Source of the DNA: Clostridiales bacterium
Lineage (GTDB): Bacteria; Bacillota; Clostridia; Christensenellales; CAG-314
Assembly (NCBI GenBank): GCA_003537755.1
Contig: DPQS01000029.1
Span: 27,914-91,913 of the forward strand
Direction: 5' to 3'
DNA length: 64,000 bases
The notes below the pieces were generated by a model. It was given only the letters and a program-made list of their open reading frames with translations. It had not been told where the DNA came from and did not search any database. A program made the translations under genes and the position numbers. Below, one piece after another: positions 9,418 to 18,230 of the stretch; position 1 is the first letter of the stretch; every line of letters begins with the position of its first letter.

Positions 9418-10335
9418 ATGAGAAAGCTGATCGGAAAAAGACAACGTAGAAAAAACTTAGCGTTTTATATGTTTGTAATGCCGGCAATCTCGGGCTTTTT
9501 AATATTTACGTTGTATCCAATGATTCGGTCGCTATGGTTTAGCTTTACTGATGCCAGTTTGCTATACTTGGACGAAGCGGAATGGGTCGGATTTAAGAAT
9601 TACTACAACTTGCTTAGCGGCAAAGATAGTTATTTTTGGCAATCTATGGGTAATACGTTTATTTTTGCATTGTTTAACGTTGTCGGTACGCTATTGTTTG
9701 GGTTGATTACGGCAATTCTGCTTACTCGTAACGTCAAGTTTATCAATGTATTCCGTACAATATTCTACTTGCCATCGCTGTTGCCTGCCGTTGCTTCCGC
9801 ACTTATGTTCAGGTGGGTTTTTGATCCGTCTAATGGTATGGTAAATAATATTTTGCGCGTGTTTGGTGTTTCTAACCCGCCTATTTGGCTAGAAAGTGCT
9901 AGTACCGCTTTGTTGACGCTAATATTCATATCATTATATGGTTTTGGTGGCAAAATGATTATTTTCATGAGTGGAATTAACGGAATTTCAAAGGAGTATT
10001 ACGAGGCTGCGGATGTGGACGGTGCGGGATTTTGGACAAAACTATTTAAGATTACATTGCCGCTTCTGTCTCCGATAATTTTTTATAACCTTGTTTTGGG
10101 AACAATCGGCGCATTACAAGTGTTTACCGAGGGTTTTGTAATCAGCGGTGCGGGACCGGGCAACTCTACGTTGTTTTATGTATTGAGGTTGTACAATATT
10201 GCTTATAAGGCTCCTTACAAAATCGGGTATGCTTCTGCAATGGCGTGGATTTTGTTTGTAATAATCGGCGTGATTACCTTGGTCTATTTCGCATTCAGCA
10301 AAAAGTTTATTTTCTATGAAAACGAGGAATCTTGA
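9418..10335 (+). CDS. ABC sugar transporter permease (MalF/UgpA-like)
   Basis: Multi-span hydrophobic profile. EAA loop EYYEAADVDGAGFWTKLFKITLPLLSP. Confidence 0.9.
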   Translation: MRKLIGKRQRRKNLAFYMFVMPAISGFLIFTLYPMIRSLWFSFTDASLLYLDEAEWVGFKNYYNLLSGKDSYFWQSMGNTFIFALFNVVGTLLFGLITAILLTRNVKFINVFRTIFYLPSLLPAVASALMFRWVFDPSNGMVNNILRVFGVSNPPIWLESASTALLTLIFISLYGFGGKMIIFMSGINGISKEYYEAADVDGAGFWTKLFKITLPLLSPIIFYNLVLGTIGALQVFTEGFVISGAGPGNSTLFYVLRLYNIAYKAPYKIGYASAMAWILFVIIGVITLVYFAFSKKFIFYENEES

Positions 10336-10336
10336 C

Positions 10337-11203
10337 ATGAGGAGCAAAAAGTTCAAAACCGAAAAAGTAGTAACGTATACGTTGCTTATTATCGTATCTC
10401 TAGCAATGCTTATGCCGTTGGTAGTGTTGTTTGCTACCAGTGTACGTACATACGATGATCTGGTACAAAATCCTACGCACTTGTTTGGTACCGAGTTTTC
10501 TTTGGATGCGTTTGCTAAAGTGTTGGAAGAAAATCCTTACTTCATGTACTTGGGAAACACGCTGCTTATAACAGTGGTCAGTATTGTGGGGTGTTGCTTT
10601 ACAAGTGCAATGGTCGGATATGGGTTTGCAAGATTCAAGGCTCCCGGATCAAAGTTTCTGTTCGCCTTGTTTATGGCAGGAATGATTATTCCCGGACAAG
10701 TATTGAATATTCCGATGTTTGAGATTTACAAACGTCTAGGTTGGATAAATACTTTTTTGCCGTTTATTATTCCCGTATGGTTTGGCGGAGGAACATTCAA
10801 TTTCTTTTTGCAACGTCAGTTTATGAAAGGGTTACCGCCGGCACTTATGGAGGCTGCCGAAATTGACGGTTGCAGTGAGGTCGGCATTTTCTTCAGGATA
10901 GTGTTGCCGCTTTCTAAGCCTGTGATAACAACAATTGCAGTATTCACTTTTATCAATTGTTGGAACGATTTGTATGGTCCGTTACTTTACTTGGAAGATC
11001 CGTCTTTGTGGACGCTTGCAAAGGGAAACTATATGATTTACCAGGCTGAGCTTGGCAAACAAGGTGTAAGTGGCGGTTCTATTTTGCCATGGAACATAAT
11101 TAGCGCCGCTAATGCGATATCGATTGTCCCGATAATAATTCTTTACTTCTTTGCACAACGAGTTTTTGTTGAAGGTATTGCCACGACGGGGATAAAAGGA
11201 TAA
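10337..11203 (+). CDS. ABC sugar transporter permease (MalG/UgpE-like)
   Basis: I prefer the start at 10337 (GAGGA ~9 nt upstream, 1 nt after the upstream stop) over 10316. EAA loop LMEAAEIDGCSEVGIFFRIVLPLSKP. Confidence 0.9.
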   Translation: MRSKKFKTEKVVTYTLLIIVSLAMLMPLVVLFATSVRTYDDLVQNPTHLFGTEFSLDAFAKVLEENPYFMYLGNTLLITVVSIVGCCFTSAMVGYGFARFKAPGSKFLFALFMAGMIIPGQVLNIPMFEIYKRLGWINTFLPFIIPVWFGGGTFNFFLQRQFMKGLPPALMEAAEIDGCSEVGIFFRIVLPLSKPVITTIAVFTFINCWNDLYGPLLYLEDPSLWTLAKGNYMIYQAELGKQGVSGGSILPWNIISAANAISIVPIIILYFFAQRVFVEGIATTGIKG

Positions 11204-11206
11204 AAA

Positions 11207-14200
11207 ATGAGTTTACTTATTATTAGTGTTCCTGAAGGAATAAAATATACGACAAAACAAATTGTCATTGGTGGCGTTACGAAATACGTCGTTACGATTT
11301 CATCAGACTCAACGGTAACGCTGTCGGAAGGGGCAATAAAAATCGGATACTTCGGTTTTGTTAAAGACAGTCTTGTAATGACGCACATGCCTGAGATCTC
11401 TAACTGTGATCTGCCATTCGCTTTCCCCGCATTTTGTGCCAAAGTAAACGCAGGCGGCGTCTATTTTGTTGTTGATTACTACAAAACGTCCGTTGAACTA
11501 CGCAAAGTAATTGCATCGCAAGGAGAAAACGCATGGGTTTCGCTTACAAATGCGTGTACGACGTTAGGCAAGAATAAGAAACTCTCTGCAGTGTTGTATT
11601 TGGGTGAAACTCAATCTGACAGTTTGTCTGATTTGATAGGAAATTGCGCCCAAACTCTACTTGAAACGGAATCCTACTTAAAAAGAGAATACGCGGTTGT
11701 CGGAGGACAGACTGTCGATTCCTATAAACAGGCGTGTGTCGGATTGGTGTCTAATCTAATGGACAAACGTGCCGTGGTAAATGACGGAATAGGTACTTTT
11801 AATCCATACGGGTATCACGAGATTGGCGCATATAGCGAAAGTTTTGCATGCATGGATGTCGCAAAGGGGATGTATCGTTTTGCATTGAGCAACGACCTTT
11901 ACGGTCCGTTAGAATACATAAAAAAGGAAGTTTACAAGTTGTGCGACGCTTCGTTGAAGCATCCGTGGATTGCAGATTGTCACAATACGCATGGATTTTT
12001 TCATTTCGCATGGGGTTCAATTCCGCAAGACTCAGGAGTGGCAGCAGACATTCCGCGCGATGACCTTTTCTCTGACTATTGCGGTCATGAGGAAGGCGAA
12101 AATCTGCTTTCGACGTTTAAGTATTTCGATCGAGTAAATATTCTTGGTGAAATTGCTTTGTTGCAAAATGATTCGGTAATTAAAGACGGCTTTCTGCGAA
12201 CGTTACCATTTGTTGAAACTTTAAGAAACGAAGACTTTTCTCAACCGGTATCGTATGATTTGGACACTCACGTGCCTGTAACCGGAAACTATGACGGTGG
12301 TAGCGCAGGCGGAGCCGCATTGTATGCGCTAATCAACTTTAACGCATATCGTTTGACGAATGACGAGCGATACCTTGATTTTGCTTTACGTTCGGTAAAG
12401 GCGGCCAACAAGTTGGACTACGACCATATGTTTTCTATGCGTTGCGCTCCCAAACCAATCGCGGTGGCGGCAGTTGTTCGTGCAAACGTATATGCGTATC
12501 AGTTTACAGGTGAAAGTGAGTATTTATATAATGCCGAACGCGTAGCCCAAGGAATATTTGCAAGCTACTATCTTTCGCCGCATCCGTACTGCTATTTTTC
12601 CACTGTAGGCTTCGGATACGCTTGCGCCAAGGAAAGATGGGAAGCATTTCGTGAGATGGAAGAAACTTTGTGGTTGCTTAGTCCGTTTATGAAATACACC
12701 GACAGTGAGGCATTGTTTACTTTATATTTGCTAAATAAACAGAGCGCATTGCGTGCATTACCTATAAACGGTAATCCGTATGGTAATTTGGAAAGAGAAT
12801 ATGAATCGTTCGGAGGGGAGTATATTCCGTTTGAATTTTCCACCGGACATGTCGGGGACAATCCTCCGCAAGAAGGCGGGAGTCAGTCTGATAAACGACA
12901 GATAAAAGAAATTTACGGTAGCGGTGAACTATTTTTGGCGGAACTCATGTATGAAAATTACGCTCGAACAAATCAACCGCATATACTTATTCTGTGTGTC
13001 GATTGTGACATAACATTGCCGAAAAACCAGTTTGTATTTAAGGTCTTTAACCCTCGGAAACAAACCTATGCTTTGGCTACATTCAATGTTCCGAAAGGAA
13101 ATTACGAGTTGATGTACGGAAACCAAAAACTGACGTTTAGCGACAAAACTTTGGCAATAGGCGTCAAGCTAAGCGTGCAGCACGGAGTAACGCAGCTCAC
13201 ATTAAAGAGAACGAGCAAGCCCAAACATGAGCTTGTTGAAAAAAAAGAAGAAGATACCGTAGTTGCAACTCAAATTGGAGACGAAGTGTGCTTAAAGTGG
13301 CGAAAACAAATCGGTGCGCAGTTTTATAAAGTTATCTGTTGTACGGAAATCGGCAAAAAAACACACCTTACAACTAATCAAGAGATCAGTATTGTTATTG
13401 ACTCTGAATTGACGACGGAAATCGAAGTGCTTGCCATTACAAAATGTAGCATTGTAACTGTGGGTAAGAAGACGTTGCGAGGACATAAAAAGTTGTACGA
13501 GTCAAGTCTTGTCGATTTGTTGAATGACAGCACGAAAGTAATCACAAGCAATTTCGATGTCGTTTCTGACGGACACACGTTGATGTTTTATCGTAAAGAA
13601 TTGTGCAAAAACAAGGGCAGAATACTTTTTGATTTAGGAAATATCAAAGGCAATTATTATTTTGAAATCCAAATAGGATCGGTAAACAACGGAGTGCATT
13701 ATACGATTACCGTTTCGGACGGAAAAGATAGATTTGTAACGCAGAATATAAATGATGCGAGATATTTTTGCTCCGAGATGACTTTTGACGGACACGTTAC
13801 TGTGTGTCTAGACGTGCGTTCCGATGCAGGTTTGGGGCTATCCGTAACGAAGTTGTCATTGTATAAAACCGTTTGTTGCGGAAATCCCGTTTTGCCGTTG
13901 CGAATGATAAAAAACGGTGTACGTGCCGAGATAAAAGAAAACTTCTACTATGCCGTGGTAGTGATAACAAAAATAGATAAAGCGTTTGAAATATTGCTGG
14001 ATGGCGAGCCTACATATGGATTGACCGAGCTTAAATTTTTCGACAAGGTAAATCGTCAAAATCGCGGTATATATAAGATTCCATTGAAGAATGGGGCAAA
14101 AACTATAGAAATAAAAGGTATTGGCGGTGGTGTTGAGGTAAAATGCGTTAGATTGACTCAATTCTACGATTACCCGCTGCTTACAGACTACTTAGATTTA

Positions 14201-14230
14201 TCAGACGAGAGGAAGTTTAACAATGATTAG
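11207..14230 (+). CDS. Cytoplasmic paralog of the ORF 382 core (no signal peptide), with FN3-like and C-terminal beta-sandwich-like modules
   Basis: No N-terminal hydrophobic segment (MSLLIISVPEGIKYTTKQ...). Residues ~195-590 share the PYGY/ERWEA/NPYGN/PFEF.TG/KEIYGSGE blocks with ORF 382. It lies directly between the permeases and the GH130 gene. Confidence 0.85.
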   Translation: MSLLIISVPEGIKYTTKQIVIGGVTKYVVTISSDSTVTLSEGAIKIGYFGFVKDSLVMTHMPEISNCDLPFAFPAFCAKVNAGGVYFVVDYYKTSVELRKVIASQGENAWVSLTNACTTLGKNKKLSAVLYLGETQSDSLSDLIGNCAQTLLETESYLKREYAVVGGQTVDSYKQACVGLVSNLMDKRAVVNDGIGTFNPYGYHEIGAYSESFACMDVAKGMYRFALSNDLYGPLEYIKKEVYKLCDASLKHPWIADCHNTHGFFHFAWGSIPQDSGVAADIPRDDLFSDYCGHEEGENLLSTFKYFDRVNILGEIALLQNDSVIKDGFLRTLPFVETLRNEDFSQPVSYDLDTHVPVTGNYDGGSAGGAALYALINFNAYRLTNDERYLDFALRSVKAANKLDYDHMFSMRCAPKPIAVAAVVRANVYAYQFTGESEYLYNAERVAQGIFASYYLSPHPYCYFSTVGFGYACAKERWEAFREMEETLWLLSPFMKYTDSEALFTLYLLNKQSALRALPINGNPYGNLEREYESFGGEYIPFEFSTGHVGDNPPQEGGSQSDKRQIKEIYGSGELFLAELMYENYARTNQPHILILCVDCDITLPKNQFVFKVFNPRKQTYALATFNVPKGNYELMYGNQKLTFSDKTLAIGVKLSVQHGVTQLTLKRTSKPKHELVEKKEEDTVVATQIGDEVCLKWRKQIGAQFYKVICCTEIGKKTHLTTNQEISIVIDSELTTEIEVLAITKCSIVTVGKKTLRGHKKLYESSLVDLLNDSTKVITSNFDVVSDGHTLMFYRKELCKNKGRILFDLGNIKGNYYFEIQIGSVNNGVHYTITVSDGKDRFVTQNINDARYFCSEMTFDGHVTVCLDVRSDAGLGLSVTKLSLYKTVCCGNPVLPLRMIKNGVRAEIKENFYYAVVVITKIDKAFEILLDGEPTYGLTELKFFDKVNRQNRGIYKIPLKNGAKTIEIKGIGGGVEVKCVRLTQFYDYPLLTDYLDLSDERKFNND

Positions 14231-15272
14231 ATGCGAGAGTAATCCAATAATTACAAAAGCCGACGTGGCTCCGTCAACACCGCAAATGGAAGTGCTTGGA
14301 GTTTTTAATTGCGGAGTTGCAAAATATAACAATCAAACTATACTATTGCTTAGAGTCGCCGAAAAAGCCATAGATGTAAACGGATTTGTTCGTGTGCCTA
14401 TTTTTGATGTACAAACAAATCGAGAGGTTATTTGGGATTTCGATACAAATGACCGCTCTATCGATTTTTCCGATGTGAGGTTTGTAAAAACAAAAGATCA
14501 ATTGTTTCTTACAAGCAAATCGCATTTGCGTTTGGCGCGTAGTACTGACGGTATTCATTTTTTAATTGATGATAAACCTTTTCTGTCATCACAATTCTTC
14601 TACGAGGAGTACGGAATAGAAGACCCTCGTATTACGTTTGTTGATGACTGGTATTACATAGACTACAGCGCAACTTCAAGACATGGAGTTTTTACGTGTT
14701 TGGCACGTACCAAAGATTTTGTATCCGTAGAAAAACTAGGCATTATATTTTTGCCGGACAACAAAGACGTGAGTATTTTTCCTCAGAAAATAAACGGGAA
14801 GTATTATGCGCTCAATCGTCCGGTAAGCGCATACTTTCAACGCCCGGAAATGTGGATTTCGACGTCTGCCGATTTGCGCTCTTTTTCGGAGCATCATTTA
14901 TTGTGTGAGCCGCGTCCCGATAAATTTGATAGTACTCGTATAGGCGCAGGGTGTGTTCCTGTGTTAACTTCGAAAGGTTGGCTGGAAATCTATCATGGTT
15001 GTGACAAAAACGACAAATACTGCATGGGTGCACTGTTGTTAGACGCCAATGATCCTACGAAGATTATTGCAAGAAGCGACGAACCTCTACTTCAACCGGA
15101 AATGCCTTACGAGTTAAACGGATTTATGCCGAGTGTTGTATTTGGATGTGGGCTTTTGCAAGAGGGCGACGAATTGAAGCTGTATTACGGCGCATGCGAC
15201 GAAAGCATTTGCTTGGTGTCATTCAGCATAGAAGAAATTCTGCATTCGCTTACTTATATCAACAATATATAA
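14223..15272 (+). CDS. GH130-family beta-mannoside phosphorylase/hydrolase-like protein
   Basis: GAGGAAG SD. It overlaps the upstream stop by 8 nt. Motifs: NPIITKADV, GVFNCG, EDPRITFVDDWYYIDYSA, GAGCVPV.T.KGWLEIYHG, MGALLLD..DPTKIIARS, LKLYYGACD. Confidence 0.75.
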   Translation: MIRCESNPIITKADVAPSTPQMEVLGVFNCGVAKYNNQTILLLRVAEKAIDVNGFVRVPIFDVQTNREVIWDFDTNDRSIDFSDVRFVKTKDQLFLTSKSHLRLARSTDGIHFLIDDKPFLSSQFFYEEYGIEDPRITFVDDWYYIDYSATSRHGVFTCLARTKDFVSVEKLGIIFLPDNKDVSIFPQKINGKYYALNRPVSAYFQRPEMWISTSADLRSFSEHHLLCEPRPDKFDSTRIGAGCVPVLTSKGWLEIYHGCDKNDKYCMGALLLDANDPTKIIARSDEPLLQPEMPYELNGFMPSVVFGCGLLQEGDELKLYYGACDESICLVSFSIEEILHSLTYINNI

Positions 15273-15476
15273 AATAAAATTCAAGTAATGCCGGGTGTCA
15301 ATTGGCTCTATTTTGAGTAACTTACTACAGAAGGGATTTGAATAATGGTAATAGTGATAGCTGTATAGTGTAATACGACTTAAAATGAGGTTACCGTATT
15401 TAATATAAATAGTATCTTAGGTTGTTATTCAAATCAGATTCAAAAAGAATTCGTTCTTATCTAACCACGCTGTTTG

Positions 15477-15567
15477 AAAAATACCGAATGAAATTTCAAA
15501 ATCGTGCCGATTGGAAAGTTAAAATATTGCCGATTGAATTCTGAAAATTGTGCCGATTGCCGCACTG
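15477..15567. repeat. Phased direct repeats AAAAT-NN(N)-TGCCGATTG, three exact cores at 23-bp spacing plus a degenerate flanking unit
   Basis: TGCCGATTG occurs at 15505, 15528 and 15551. The units start with A-tracts at 15498, 15521 and 15544. A degenerate unit AAAAATACCGAATG lies at 15477. All are inside a 0.9-kb AT-rich non-coding gap. Confidence 0.7.
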
Positions 15568-15896
15568 AAAAACTAATTATAGACGATTGTAGAAGTGTGA
15601 AATTGTAACTAAAATAAAGTCCGATTTATTGAAAAATAGTAACTAAAAACTATTGTGGTTCGACGGTGTTTGCGTCCGTGCCACCACATTTCGGCTTATT
15701 CGATTCCGAGTAAGCCGATTTTGCCGTTTGGGGGACATTTTCCCGGTAAAAGATAACAAAAATCATTCCCCGAATCTGCTCAAAAACAGGGCAATTAAAA
15801 CATGTCTTAGTTTATGCAAGGCGGAAACCAACTAATTATAAGCGTTTGTTAACGCATGTATAAAATACGTTTCCACAAACACTTTTTTGTTTTACG

Positions 15897-15932
15897 GCGA
15901 CAGGGCTATTTTCTTGTCTCCGCATTTTTTTT
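15897..15932 (+). terminator. Imperfect rho-independent terminator-like hairpin plus T8
   Basis: GCGACAGG (15897-15904) pairs with CTTGT..CGC (15913-15923) with a 3-nt bulge, then A + TTTTTTTT (15925-15932). It lies 625 nt downstream of the GH130 stop, so what it terminates is unclear. Confidence 0.35.
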
Positions 15933-16122
15933 GCAGATTCTATTGTTCCTGCGCATATCTGATCAAGTCGGTCAGTTGGTATTCTGTGTTACCGTAATAT
16001 ACCGTAAAATCCTTGTCGGTTGCAGACGGCATAATGTAGCCGCTATCTTACATCAAGCAATAAATAATACAAATTGCGTATTTTTTCTCCGTCAAATGTT
16101 ACATATTGCAAATTTATTTGTA

Positions 16123-16151
16123 TTGACAAATGGATAAAAGTTTAGTATTGT
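16123..16151 (+). promoter_or_regulatory. Candidate promoter of locus B
   Basis: TTGACA (16123-16128), a 17-nt spacer, then TATTGT (16146-16151), 28 nt upstream of the ATG at 16179. Confidence 0.45.
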
Positions 16152-16178
16152 ATAGGGGAGTTAATAAGGGGTGCGGCG

Positions 16179-17021
16179 ATGGATAACAACGACAGGTTCA
16201 GGCGACCGTCCGACGGACGATTGCCCCGCAACAGAAAGGAATTATTCTTCAATATAATGCGGTGGCGTTTTACCTACTTGCTTGCCGTCGGTTTGTTGTC
16301 GTTTGCTTTTTTGTTGCCGGATATTGCCGTGTTGACATACAACGACATCGCGGCTTCGGTAATATCGCAAGGCGGCGAAGACGTCGCGTCGAAAATCGTT
16401 ACGCTTCGACTGCAAACGTCGCTGCTGCAAGTCATTTCCTGCGTTGTGCTGTTTTTCGGCGCAAGCGGTGTGTTTTATTTGCTTCGTCAACTTGCATGGG
16501 ATGAACCGACGCCAATCTTTTCGGGATGGCGGAAAGGGGTAAAACAAAATTGGAAACATTACACGTTTTTCGGCGTTTGCGTCGGTATACTTAACGTACT
16601 GAATACCTTTGCCGAAGTGCTGCTGCACGGGTTTGTCAAGTACGTTCCGCGTGCATTGTTTGTTCTCATTGTCGTGCCTGTTTTGTTGTATGCGGCAATT
16701 CTGGACGTTGTATATAGCAAAAAAATTGGCAATCTTCTGTCGAGCGCCGCAACGCTTTATTTCAAAACATTGCCGATAACGCTGTTGTTTGCATTGCTTT
16801 TAGTCGCGCCGAGTTTGCTACTTTTTGTACCGAAATTTACGATACGTTACGCAATTTTGGCTGTTTGGGTGGTGGTTGCCGTACCAATCGTATTGTTTGG
16901 CTGGACGTTGTACGCCATGGACAAATTGGACAAGTTTATCAACAAGGAGCACTATGCAGAAATATACAATAAAGGTGTTTATGTTGACAAAGCCTCGGGC
17001 GAGGAGGATGCGGAGGAATAA
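16179..17021 (+). CDS. Integral membrane protein, YesL/DUF624-like
   Basis: AAGGGG SD. At least five hydrophobic segments. The basic N-terminus followed by ELFFNIMRWRFTYLLAVGLL resembles YesL-type proteins that accompany sugar-ABC loci. The family call is from memory only. Confidence 0.6.
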   Translation: MDNNDRFRRPSDGRLPRNRKELFFNIMRWRFTYLLAVGLLSFAFLLPDIAVLTYNDIAASVISQGGEDVASKIVTLRLQTSLLQVISCVVLFFGASGVFYLLRQLAWDEPTPIFSGWRKGVKQNWKHYTFFGVCVGILNVLNTFAEVLLHGFVKYVPRALFVLIVVPVLLYAAILDVVYSKKIGNLLSSAATLYFKTLPITLLFALLLVAPSLLLFVPKFTIRYAILAVWVVVAVPIVLFGWTLYAMDKLDKFINKEHYAEIYNKGVYVDKASGEEDAEE

Positions 17022-18230
17022 ATGGAAAACTACGAATATATAAAAGATTTTCACAGATTGGGGCTTGGGCTGTTTGTTCATTTCGGATTGTACAGCGTTG
17101 TCGGCAAAGGCGAGTGGTTCTGTTACAATTTGCGTGACGAAGCAAAACAGCAATACGAACAGACTGCGCGCGAGTTTGTTGTCGATGAAAATTGGGCAAA
17201 AAAACTTGTGGCAACGGCAAAAGAAACGGGCGCAAAGTATATTACGCTGACGACGCGTCACCATGACGGATTCAGCCTTTTTGACACTTGCGGTTTGTCC
17301 GACTTCGATTCTCCTCACTCTGCGAGCAAGCGCGACCTTGTTGCGGAGTTTGTAAACGCTTGTAACGCCGAGGGTATTGTGCCGTTTTTTTATCATACGC
17401 TAATCGATTGGCATAACGCCGACTATAAAAACGATTTTGCCTCATATATCGACTATCTCGTCGCAAGCGTTGAGTTGTTGTGCAAAAACTATGGAAAAAC
17501 AGGCGGTTTTTGGTTTGACGGATTTTGGGACAAACCCGACGCCGATTGGCAATTTGACCGCTTGTACGGAACGATTCGCAAGTATCAGCCTACTGCTATG
17601 ATAATCAACAATACGGGGCTGAACGCACTTGGTCAGGTGTCGCACAGAGAAATTGACAGCGTAACTTTCGAACGCGGAAAACCGTGTTTTGTCGATTGTT
17701 CGGACAAACCGCGCGCCGGCGAAATGTGCGAAGGATTGACCGATCACTGGGGCTACGCCGAACGCGATATTTGCGTTAAGTCAACAAAACAAATTGTCGA
17801 AACGTATGTTGATTGTCGCAAATTCGGTTGCAATTTGCTGATTAACACGGGTTTGCAAGGAGACGGTACGGTTTCCCCTATCGAAGAACGTACATTGGCA
17901 AATATCGGCAAGTGGATCGGTTACACGGGAAAATTCCTGTACAATGCCACGCCCGCGAAATTTACTGCCGACGGAGCCGATGTGTTTGTGGACGGTGACG
18001 ATTGCTACGTTGTCGTAAAAGACGTTCCGATGGAATCCAACGTAAACGTTACCCGTATGGGAAACGGCAAACGAACGGTAAGGCTGAACACGAATTGCAT
18101 AATAAGCCATGTTGAGTGGCTGGACAACGGAAAAGAAGCGGCGTGCGACGGCAACTCGATTGTTGTTGCTCCGTTCGATTACGGTACAAGTCTCGGTTGC
18201 CGTGTGGCAAAGGTGGTGTTTGTTAAATGA
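17022..18230 (+). CDS. GH29 alpha-L-fucosidase
   Basis: GLGLFVHFGLYS, YITLTTRHHDGFSLFDT, SKRDLVAEFVNAC, FWFDGFW. The start abuts the upstream stop, with a GGAGGA SD. Confidence 0.85.
   Translation: MENYEYIKDFHRLGLGLFVHFGLYSVVGKGEWFCYNLRDEAKQQYEQTAREFVVDENWAKKLVATAKETGAKYITLTTRHHDGFSLFDTCGLSDFDSPHSASKRDLVAEFVNACNAEGIVPFFYHTLIDWHNADYKNDFASYIDYLVASVELLCKNYGKTGGFWFDGFWDKPDADWQFDRLYGTIRKYQPTAMIINNTGLNALGQVSHREIDSVTFERGKPCFVDCSDKPRAGEMCEGLTDHWGYAERDICVKSTKQIVETYVDCRKFGCNLLINTGLQGDGTVSPIEERTLANIGKWIGYTGKFLYNATPAKFTADGADVFVDGDDCYVVVKDVPMESNVNVTRMGNGKRTVRLNTNCIISHVEWLDNGKEAACDGNSIVVAPFDYGTSLGCRVAKVVFVK

Noticed and set aside
15477-15567. Possible CRISPR array
   Set aside because: The repeats are only ~9 bp with ~14-bp spacers at a 23-bp period. 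That is far shorter than CRISPR repeats and spacers, and no cas genes are present.
15691-15718. Hairpin whose loop reads TTCGATTCC, reminiscent of a tRNA T-arm
   Set aside because: I could fold no acceptor, D or anticodon arms from the flanks. The stem is 8 bp and the loop 12 nt, unlike a T-arm (5 bp and 7 nt). At most it is a tRNA-derived att-like scar, which I cannot support.
15653-16137. Two plus-strand ORFs (60 and 93 aa) in the AT-rich gap
   Set aside because: Neither has an SD. Their composition is implausible (Phe/Leu/Arg-rich from AT-rich DNA). The second runs through the predicted promoter of locus B, so I treat the region as non-coding.
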